From the IMG/VR virus record IMGVR_UViG_3300046413_000884, positions 1 through 58,258 of that record: a DNA stretch of 58,258 bases. One strand, given 5' to 3'. The translations under genes and the position numbers were made by a program. The notes beneath the pieces are model-generated. The model was not told the DNA's origin, ran no database searches, and worked only from the letters and a program-made list of their open reading frames with translations. How positions within the stretch are numbered: the first letter of the stretch is position 1; every line of letters begins with the position of its first letter. The DNA comes from a virus. Its lineage: Duplodnaviria; Caudoviricetes. Positions 1-6,645 of this stretch are shown here, piece by piece.

Positions 1-232
1 CAAAAAGTTCATCCTTTACAGTCAGTTTAGCGACAAAAACAACACAATGTTCAGGAAGAAGTTTAGAAAGATGTTTTATTGATTTACTTAGACGACCTTC
101 AGTATTACGTTGACAGAATACTTCAGGAAGAGCAGCATATTCATCATAAGACATCCAATATGAATCGATATCTCCACTTTCTTTAATCGGCAAGAAAGGC
201 ACAGTAGTACCATCACCTCTTTTAACAGTCAC
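1..232 (-). CDS. Hypothetical protein, N-terminal 77 codons only (runs off the window edge)
   Basis: Not in the ORF track. Hand translation from GTG at 232, preceded by GAGG: MTVKRGDGTTVPFLPIKESGDIDSYWMSYDEYAALPEVFCQRNTEGRLSKSIKHLSKLLPEHCVVFVAKLTVKDELF, open to position 1. Has its own sigma70-like promoter. Confidence 0.75.
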   Translation of the reverse strand, partial: MTVKRGDGTTVPFLPIKESGDIDSYWMSYDEYAALPEVFCQRNTEGRLSKSIKHLSKLLPEHCVVFVAKLTVKDELF

Positions 233-297
233 AAAATACCTCGGTGTAAATACGAAAACCACTAACCAAAAGGAGGTTGTGGGAGGTTAACTCAAAA

Positions 298-326
298 AAT
301 ATAGCATAAAAAAAGACCCCCGTCAA
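298..326 (-). promoter_or_regulatory. Sigma70-like promoter overlapping the regA terminator
   Basis: Minus strand TTGACG-17 nt-TATATT with extended -10 TG. Confidence 0.7.
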
Positions 327-332
327 GGGGTC
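308..332 (-). terminator. Rho-independent terminator after regA
   Basis: GACCCC-TTGACG-GGGGTC stem-loop followed by T7 on the minus strand. Confidence 0.85.
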
Positions 333-337
333 CTGTA

Positions 338-769
338 TCATTCGGTTCCTTCTACTTTCTTCTTCTTGCCAATATTATACTTGGTCTCTAGCACCCATTC
401 GTGCTTTTCTTTATACGCCAGCACCTTGATTTGATTCAAGGGTGCAATGTCTGTAACTTTCTCTGGTTCAATAACACTGACCAGACCCCAGTCACAGAGC
501 AGTTGAATAATTCTGTTACGTCTCTGGACATCATTCACTGTCAGGTTAGCGTGCTTACCGTCCAAGGCAAACAGTTCCTTAAAGTGGACAATGTAATACC
601 GTCCCTGCTTATGCAGAATATGGCAGGACTGATAAATCTTTTTCTCTTTACGGGATGCAACCCCGATACGTGTCAGAGTTTCACGAACCTTAAGAAAGTC
701 ATCGGGTTCATTTAGGGTAACTTCGATCATCTGATCCGCCGACCAGCGAACTTCAGGTTCTTGAATCAT
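338..769 (-). CDS. regA: Translational repressor RegA
   Basis: DDFLKVRETLTRIGVASRKEKKIYQSCHILHKQGRYYIVHFKELFALDG signature; follows gp62. Confidence 0.97.
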   Translation of the reverse strand: MIQEPEVRWSADQMIEVTLNEPDDFLKVRETLTRIGVASRKEKKIYQSCHILHKQGRYYIVHFKELFALDGKHANLTVNDVQRRNRIIQLLCDWGLVSVIEPEKVTDIAPLNQIKVLAYKEKHEWVLETKYNIGKKKKVEGTE

Positions 770-1146
770 CTTTTTCCTCCAGTCTCAAATTTAGATTTAA
801 TGAATAATAATTGTTCTTTGGTAAGAATGCTCAGAGCCTGTTTTGCTTTCTCGTTATTATATCCATAATAACGTTTGACATAATCTAAATCTCTGATCTC
901 GTCCTTGCGGAGCCACGGAGAGAATCTTTTCCGTTTCCTCACACTATTTAGCATGAACGAATACTGGAGATTCGGGTCTAAGTGTGAGTTCAAGTTCATT
1001 TCATTCGCATACAAAACCGTGTCCAGTTGACCGGACATGCAGCGATTCACAATGTATGCTGGATATTTTGCGTCTGGATCTTCAAGGCGAAGATCTCTCT
1101 TGTTAATGTTGATGGAATTCAACCAATCTTTTAGTTCCAATTTCAT
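766..1146 (-). CDS. gp62: Clamp loader small subunit
   Basis: YPAYIVNRCMS..D..LYANEMN, RKRKRFSPW, VKRYYGYNNEKAKQAL; T4 synteny before regA. Confidence 0.93.
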   Translation of the reverse strand: MKLELKDWLNSININKRDLRLEDPDAKYPAYIVNRCMSGQLDTVLYANEMNLNSHLDPNLQYSFMLNSVRKRKRFSPWLRKDEIRDLDYVKRYYGYNNEKAKQALSILTKEQLLFIKSKFETGGKR

Positions 1147-1289
1147 TCTTTCCCCCTATTCCTAATAATAATCTGATCGTTCTTATAATCTGCTACAAAC
1201 TCAAGAACATCGTCATGGTCCCAAAGCAACTCCTCATAGAGTGCATTGAGTTTTCCCATGTCCTCATATAACTGATTGGGGTTTGTCAT
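1143..1289 (-). CDS. 48-aa hypothetical protein (possibly AbrB-like)
   Basis: Not in the track: MTNPNQLYEDMGKLNALYEELLWDHDDVLEFVADYKNDQIIIRNRGKE*. Fills the dam-gp62 gap, with ATGA coupling to gp62. Confidence 0.75.
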   Translation of the reverse strand: MTNPNQLYEDMGKLNALYEELLWDHDDVLEFVADYKNDQIIIRNRGKE

Positions 1290-2109
1290 AGTTAAAAAGT
1301 AAAAGTTCCTTTCGTTCTTTTTGCTCGCGCATATATTCGCCTACAGATCTCATTGTGTATGTAAGATCAAACTCTCCTACTTCCCACCCTTGGAACCTTT
1401 CTTTGACCAGTTGAGACGAATTGTAAGATATGAGTTGAGGACCAATAGACCTATCACAATCGGCAGCAAAATCGTCGTGGTTGAATCCGTTATGCATACT
1501 CCCCTTCCTTCCATAAAGGTTATCTCGTATGTCGTATGGGGGGTCAAGGTAGGTGAAACAAGACTTGGTGTCTGTGAGGAGTTTTTCATAACTGAGGTTA
1601 GTAATTTTCCAATCTTTGATTAGTTGAGAGTATCCTGGAAGTTTTTCGATGCCTCGCATTGAGAAGTTGGAGACACTTGCTTGTTTGCTGAAGGAGGACG
1701 ACTCGGTGAGACCAGAAAAAGAGCACTTATTGACAATATAAAAAGCACCTGCGCGAGATAAATCCGATTCAGTATATTCATTTACAATTTCCTTAGACTT
1801 TAAAAATAAATCCTTTGCGGATACAGGTTCAGGGTGTTGTGACTTCAGTTCACCAATTCTTTCGGCAAGATCAGCACCAGAGTCTTGTAAGACCCTCCAG
1901 AAGTTATATAGAGGTTCATACAAGTCATTGACCCAGATATCTAAATGAGGATACTTTTTAGTGACATGAATGGCGACACTACCACCACCAAGAAATGGTT
2001 CATGATATTCTTTATATTCTCTCAGGTCAGGGAAATATACATCCATCTTTTGACAAGCACGAGACTTGCCGCCTGGATATCTCAAAGGTGTCTTATATGA
2101 CTTCATCAT
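1264..2109 (-). CDS. dam: DNA adenine methyltransferase (Dam/D12 class)
   Basis: PLRYPGGKS, EPFLGGGSV (motif I), YLDPPY (motif IV). Confidence 0.93.
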   Translation of the reverse strand: MMKSYKTPLRYPGGKSRACQKMDVYFPDLREYKEYHEPFLGGGSVAIHVTKKYPHLDIWVNDLYEPLYNFWRVLQDSGADLAERIGELKSQHPEPVSAKDLFLKSKEIVNEYTESDLSRAGAFYIVNKCSFSGLTESSSFSKQASVSNFSMRGIEKLPGYSQLIKDWKITNLSYEKLLTDTKSCFTYLDPPYDIRDNLYGRKGSMHNGFNHDDFAADCDRSIGPQLISYNSSQLVKERFQGWEVGEFDLTYTMRSVGEYMREQKERKELLLFNYDKPQSVI

Positions 2110-2390
2110 AGAATGAGTTTCTTATCAGGTGTGGTAACTCCACCGAACATCTCACAATACTTGTTTTTTACAGTGGGGTCAACTTTTGCAACATAAACAA
2201 TGAATTGTCTTCCTACTGTAATCTCAGGTTCCAATTTATCAACGACAGTTGCCCAAGGAATAAATCCAACACTTTGTGCTTGTGGAACACAGACCAGTCC
2301 ATTCCTTACAGTGATACTTTCTTCATTCTCTTCAACAATCTCAGCAACAATCTCTTCGCCAGTGCTGATGCGTAACAATTTTACATTCAT
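2106..2390 (-). CDS. Hypothetical protein, Sm-like fold predicted
   Basis: VKLLRISTGEEIVAEI...GFIPW pattern typical of phage Sm-like proteins. Confidence 0.7.
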   Translation of the reverse strand: MNVKLLRISTGEEIVAEIVEENEESITVRNGLVCVPQAQSVGFIPWATVVDKLEPEITVGRQFIVYVAKVDPTVKNKYCEMFGGVTTPDKKLIL

Positions 2391-2412
2391 TTTAATTTAC
2401 CTAATAATTTGT

Positions 2413-3354
2413 TTAACGAAATTCACATTCAACCATAATTTCAGTCATCGCCGCCAGTAGGTTGATTTCTTGGTCTGCAACAAATGCAGATTGATATTGA
2501 TACTTAGCAACAATGAGCACAGCAGCAGCAATGCTAGGACCGTCCAGAACTTCATAAAGAGCATCGTAAGCACGACGCAATAATACGTTAGGATCATTGT
2601 CCAGGTTAGAAACGATCCACTTACGAACCTCCGTAAAGTTCTTTTCCTTAATATTCTTAACAAGATCATTTACTGCGATATCCCCAAACGACGCAAGGAT
2701 CCCCGAATCAATCTTACCAGCCACGGAGTATCGCTGACATTCGTTAAGGACACGTCTCCAATCGGGGAAGTGCTTTCCGATGAGTTCAATGAGTACTTTG
2801 TTTTGATACTCGATGCCTTCGCCTGTGAGGATTTCTTGAAGTCTAAGGAAGAAACCGTTGGCAATTTTTGCTCGTTCTTTTCCTTTGATTCCGAACTCAA
2901 CCACTGTGCAACGGGAATGAAGTGGTTCGAGGATTTTGTTTTTGTAGTTGCAGGTAAAGATGAATCTGCAGTTGCTAGCAAACTCCTCAATAAACGCCCG
3001 TAAGCAGAGTTGTACATCGTTGGAGGTGTTATCTGCCTCATCAATGATGATGACTTTGTGTTTTGCAGTTGCTTGAAGCGATACGGTCGAAGCGAAATTC
3101 TTCGCATTGTTTCGGACAGTATCCAAGAATCGTCCCTCATCGGACCCATTGATGACATAAAAATCTACTCCTAGTTCGTTACACAGTGCCTTTGCTACTG
3201 TAGTCTTACCAATTCCTGGAGGTCCCGCCAGTAGCATATTTGGGATCTCACCCTTATTTAGAAAATCCTGGAACATTTTCTTGGTGTCTTCAGGAAGAAT
3301 ACATTCCTGAATAGTCTGTGGTCGGTACTTCTCGACCCAGATAAAGTTACTCAT
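2413..3354 (-). CDS. gp44: Clamp loader large subunit (AAA+)
   Basis: WVEKYRP, GPPGIGKTT Walker A, IIDEAD Walker B, SRC. Start placed at MSNFIW (3354), just after the upstream stop. Confidence 0.97.
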   Translation of the reverse strand: MSNFIWVEKYRPQTIQECILPEDTKKMFQDFLNKGEIPNMLLAGPPGIGKTTVAKALCNELGVDFYVINGSDEGRFLDTVRNNAKNFASTVSLQATAKHKVIIIDEADNTSNDVQLCLRAFIEEFASNCRFIFTCNYKNKILEPLHSRCTVVEFGIKGKERAKIANGFFLRLQEILTGEGIEYQNKVLIELIGKHFPDWRRVLNECQRYSVAGKIDSGILASFGDIAVNDLVKNIKEKNFTEVRKWIVSNLDNDPNVLLRRAYDALYEVLDGPSIAAAVLIVAKYQYQSAFVADQEINLLAAMTEIMVECEFR

Positions 3355-3356
3355 AA

Positions 3357-3869
3357 TTAAATCCAATCAGGTTTACGATGGGGGAGACGAAGGTAATTAT
3401 CGCACACCCAAGGTTTAGATGCAATATACATCTTGTATGCTTCGATGGTAGAAATACTATCATCAAACTTAAACTCCTCAGGCATTGCGCGAACAAAAGG
3501 AGTGTGATCATCCCATTTCACATAAGGAATGATTTCATCAGCAGCAAGGAGGGTCTTGAAGCAAGTATGGCATTTACCATATCGATTAAAATACTCTTCA
3601 CATAATGCAATACCATGAGCAAGCAACCATCTAGAGTTTTCTACAGTCTCGTTTGCCCACTTGGTGCAAGGATGATTACGGAACGCTCCCTTCTCTGTAG
3701 CATAAGGTGTGCCGTCTGCCTTAGGCAGTGTACCGTAACCATGCCCCCACTTGTCTGAGGCAACGATAGAGAGCATCTGACAGGTCTCCAGAGGCATCTT
3801 AACGATGTGCTTGTCAGGTAGAACTTCTGCTGACTTCCATGGATTTTCATCAGTCACAAAAATATTCAT
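3357..3869 (-). CDS. denV: Pyrimidine-dimer DNA glycosylase / endonuclease V-like protein
   Basis: MNIFVTD...DKHIVKMPLETCQMLS, NHPCTKW, LCEEY..RYGK.H. Start at MNIF (3869) by ATGA coupling. Confidence 0.8.
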   Translation of the reverse strand: MNIFVTDENPWKSAEVLPDKHIVKMPLETCQMLSIVASDKWGHGYGTLPKADGTPYATEKGAFRNHPCTKWANETVENSRWLLAHGIALCEEYFNRYGKCHTCFKTLLAADEIIPYVKWDDHTPFVRAMPEEFKFDDSISTIEAYKMYIASKPWVCDNYLRLPHRKPDWI

Positions 3870-4057
3870 AATAAATGTGTTAGGGAAATCACTAGTAGGA
3901 ATGATATCATAGTAACAACATCCCAAGATTTTGTCCGTATAAAGTAAGGAATAGATATACTATCTCCAAACATTTGGAGACCAACACCGACAGTTGTATT
4001 TACATGGAGGATAACAAAATAGGCAATGATCACCAGACCACTACCTATTATTCTCAT
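3866..4057 (-). CDS. Small membrane protein
   Basis: Hydrophobic segments in MRIIGSGLVIIAYFVILHV...VVTMISFLLVISL. Fills the gp45-denV gap; start uncertain (4057 or slightly upstream). Confidence 0.7.
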   Translation of the reverse strand: MRIIGSGLVIIAYFVILHVNTTVGVGLQMFGDSISIPYFIRTKSWDVVTMISFLLVISLTHLL

Positions 4058-4064
4058 AGGGACA

Positions 4065-4733
4065 TCAGCCAAACGTTGAGTCGGGTTCAAGTGCGATAAA
4101 GTATGTCAGATTAAAGTTAGTATTGACAAATCGTGCCAGAAGTTTCTGGGAGATAACAACCTCATAGGTTCCAGGGAGAATCTTGATGTTCTCAACCTTG
4201 AAGTTAAAGTTGAACTCTTGATCAGTCAGACCAACATTGATGGAGTATTCGTTAGAGGTATCATTCTTCTTATCACGAACAACCAGTTTAACCACACCTG
4301 CTTCACCAACTGCCACCAGGTCAGGGAGTTGATAGACCGCAGACGCTTTCAGAAGCGACTGCAATTGAGTACTATCAAGTTTAAAGCAAACGTCCTCTGT
4401 GGGTAGTGAAATAGACTTCTCAGGAGGAGAAACAATTACACTAGGGTCTGCAAAGAAATACTTGGTCTTGCGATCCTTGCCCTCACGGATGGTCAGGTTT
4501 GACTCGTTAGGGAATTCAATAGAAGGGTTGTCGTGTAGAGTAACACCATTCAGGAACTGAACCAGGTCATAAATTGCAAAGTCACGGGGAATCTCTTCTT
4601 CAATCTCTGCCTCTGCCAGGATGTTCTTCATCACGGACATAGTGCGGAGAGTATTGCCCTTCTTGAACGCAATAGACTGATTGATAGAAGCAAAGTTCTT
4701 CAAAAGATTAACAGTTTTTTCAGACAGTTTCAT
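4065..4733 (-). CDS. gp45: DNA polymerase sliding clamp
   Basis: MKLSEKTVNLLKNFASINQSI, FAIYDLVQFL, YFIALE. Confidence 0.96.
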   Translation of the reverse strand: MKLSEKTVNLLKNFASINQSIAFKKGNTLRTMSVMKNILAEAEIEEEIPRDFAIYDLVQFLNGVTLHDNPSIEFPNESNLTIREGKDRKTKYFFADPSVIVSPPEKSISLPTEDVCFKLDSTQLQSLLKASAVYQLPDLVAVGEAGVVKLVVRDKKNDTSNEYSINVGLTDQEFNFNFKVENIKILPGTYEVVISQKLLARFVNTNFNLTYFIALEPDSTFG

Positions 4734-4750
4734 AGGATTTCGGATTTTCA

Positions 4751-5197
4751 TCACTGAGGGTAAGTTTCACGTTGAGCGTTCTTGTCATTGAAATGCATCA
4801 GAAGTACAGCATAGTGTAAAATCTTCATAATGTCACGGCGGGCGGTTCCTTTCTTGTCGTAACGAGAAGCATATTTGAGGATATTGGATCGGCAGAATGC
4901 CTCACCATCACCACATGCTTCAATTAAATCAAGAGTTTGAATTTTATCAGAACCAGCAGAATAGTGCTGATCATATGTTCTGACAATATAATCTTGCAGT
5001 TCTTTGAGGATTTCATCCTCACTATACTTGTAGCGGGCGGATTCTTTGTTCATATCAAGGTTGATTTGGTATTCTAGATCACTATGACCCCATGGCGGCA
5101 TGGATGGATCTGATGCATCTCTATTACGATCGTAATCATAATAATACTTTGAATGTTCTATCATTTCATCATAAAGTAGGGACCAAGCATTCGTCAT
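4751..5197 (-). CDS. DUF3310-like protein (putative nucleotide kinase family)
   Basis: HYS...IQTLDLIEACGDGEAFCRSNILKYASRYDKKG..RRDIMKILHY. Start MTNAW (5197) avoids overlap with cobS. Confidence 0.75.
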   Translation of the reverse strand: MTNAWSLLYDEMIEHSKYYYDYDRNRDASDPSMPPWGHSDLEYQINLDMNKESARYKYSEDEILKELQDYIVRTYDQHYSAGSDKIQTLDLIEACGDGEAFCRSNILKYASRYDKKGTARRDIMKILHYAVLLMHFNDKNAQRETYPQ

Positions 5198-5201
5198 TAT
5201 A

Positions 5202-6308
5202 TCAGATTGTATTGGTGTTGTCAATTGCGTAGATACGATCTTCATCCTCTGTTGAAATGGAGAAGTCCAAATCAACCTTGTCATAAAGTTCCATAAATGC
5301 CTGCTTGGTTTCATCATCAAAACGATTGACGCAAACTTGAATTGCCTTTGCCTTATCGTTGAAGATGCTGTAAGCACGAATGATGTGGACTAGACGACGG
5401 GTGCTGATGATTTCTTCAATACCACCATCGTAGAAGGTCTTACGGATGATGTCACCCCAATCGACCAGATGCTTACAGAAGTCTACATCATCGACATTCA
5501 GAGTTTGAGCAACGTTTTCAAGAATCTTCTGTTCGGTCTTAACGCTAGGATACTGCTGCTCAAATGTTACTGGGAATCGCTCAAGGAATGCTTCATTGAG
5601 CACGTTAGTTCCAATGAATCGTCCATCATCTGAACCTTTACCTTTAGTGTTTGCGGTTGCGATGACGTTGAAACCTGCACTGGGGCGGACAAACTGCCCA
5701 ATTTTTTTGAGAAAGACTCCATTTCCTTCAAGGATAGACTGGAGACAGAGAATTTTATTAGAGGCAAGGTCGATCTCGTCAAGGAGCAGGACAGCTCCTC
5801 GCTGGAGTGCTTCAACGACTGGGCCATTGTGCCAGACGGTTTCGCCATTAACAAGACGGAAACCGCCAATAAGATCATCTTCATCAGTTTCAATAGTAAT
5901 GTTTACACGGATAAGTTCTCTACCAAGTTGAGCACATGCTTGCTCAACCGAGAACGTTTTACCATTTCCAGAAAGACCAGTAATGAATGCTGGATAGAAT
6001 AGACGGGATTGAATAATTTTTTTAAGATCACCAAAGTTACCAAACTTGACGAAGGTATCATCTTTATCAGGAATTAGATTCTGTTCAATTGCAGGCATTG
6101 CAGGGGGTGCCTGATAAGTTTGCTCAAGTTGTTCAGGCACACTCAAATTCCATTTTCCACGACCAGTTTTATATTCATCAATTTTTTTAGAAACGGTTTG
6201 ATAATTAGCACCATTCATTGCACACCATGCTCGAATATCGCCACTGGTGACAGACTCGCCATACATGGATTGAAGTGAAGTGCGAATGTACTCGGAAGAG
6301 AGAGACAT
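5202..6308 (-). CDS. cobS: CobS-like / MoxR-type AAA+ ATPase
   Basis: GLSGNGKT Walker A, LLLDEID Walker B, ATANTKGKG, NEAFLERF, ISTRRL. Confidence 0.9.
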   Translation of the reverse strand: MSLSSEYIRTSLQSMYGESVTSGDIRAWCAMNGANYQTVSKKIDEYKTGRGKWNLSVPEQLEQTYQAPPAMPAIEQNLIPDKDDTFVKFGNFGDLKKIIQSRLFYPAFITGLSGNGKTFSVEQACAQLGRELIRVNITIETDEDDLIGGFRLVNGETVWHNGPVVEALQRGAVLLLDEIDLASNKILCLQSILEGNGVFLKKIGQFVRPSAGFNVIATANTKGKGSDDGRFIGTNVLNEAFLERFPVTFEQQYPSVKTEQKILENVAQTLNVDDVDFCKHLVDWGDIIRKTFYDGGIEEIISTRRLVHIIRAYSIFNDKAKAIQVCVNRFDDETKQAFMELYDKVDLDFSISTEDEDRIYAIDNTNTI

Positions 6309-6338
6309 GATGTTGTGTGCTTTGTTTCAACTGAAGTT

Positions 6339-6395
6339 ATTATAGACCAAAAAGGGGGTCTTGTGACCCCCATTCAGACAGTTGTAAGATTGGTT
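6339..6395 (-). promoter_or_regulatory. Promoter of the cobS-like gene with embedded hairpin and upstream AACTGTC motif
   Basis: TATAAT at 6339-6344, non-consensus -35 (GTCACA), upstream ACCAAT-N5-AACTGTC. Confidence 0.6.
6349..6371 (-). terminator. Rho-independent terminator after the 72-aa gene
   Basis: GGGGGTC-ACAA-GACCCCC followed by TTTTT. Confidence 0.85.
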
Positions 6396-6613
6396 CACCC
6401 AATGTCCTTGAGTTCCTTGATAAGTTTCGACTTGCTCTTACGGCGGTCAAGTTCGATACCTTTGGTGCGACCAAGTTCCTCAAGTTCAATTTTAGACATA
6501 TCACCCATTGTTTTAGCGACAGGGGTAGGTGCTGCTACAGGGGAAGGGGGGGTAGGAGCAGCAGGTGCTGGTGCTTCTTTTTTTCCCTTAACTAAATCTC
6601 CGAATTTAGACAT
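6395..6613 (-). CDS. 72-aa protein with Pro/Ala linker and C-terminal helix-extension-helix (Rho-N/HeH-like) motif
   Basis: APAPAAPTPPSPVAAPTP, then MSKIELEELGRTKGIELDRRKSKSKLIKEL. Flanked by a late promoter and a terminator. Confidence 0.75.
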   Translation of the reverse strand: MSKFGDLVKGKKEAPAPAAPTPPSPVAAPTPVAKTMGDMSKIELEELGRTKGIELDRRKSKSKLIKELKDIG

Positions 6614-6637
6614 AGCTTTAAATGATGAGGTTTTAAA

Positions 6638-6645
6638 TATTTATG
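6638..6645 (-). promoter_or_regulatory. T4-type late promoter variant CATAAATA
   Basis: Overlaps the stop codon of the cobT-like gene, about 25 nt before the ATG at 6613. Confidence 0.6.

Noticed and set aside
1264-2109. dam as part of a restriction-modification system
   Set aside because: No adjacent endonuclease-like ORF; orphan Dam methylases are common in T4-like phages.
5198-5377. Track's longer N-terminus for the DUF3310-like ORF (similar extensions for denV, gp44, gp45, cobT-like, DUF3110-like and the zinc-ribbon gene)
   Set aside because: The extensions overlap upstream genes or promoters. Downstream ATGs give typical coupling and family-like N-termini.
5202-6308. cobS as a cobalamin-biosynthesis auxiliary metabolic gene
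   Set aside because: No cobN or other cob genes in the window, and the partner has a peptidase-VWA architecture. The name reflects homology only.
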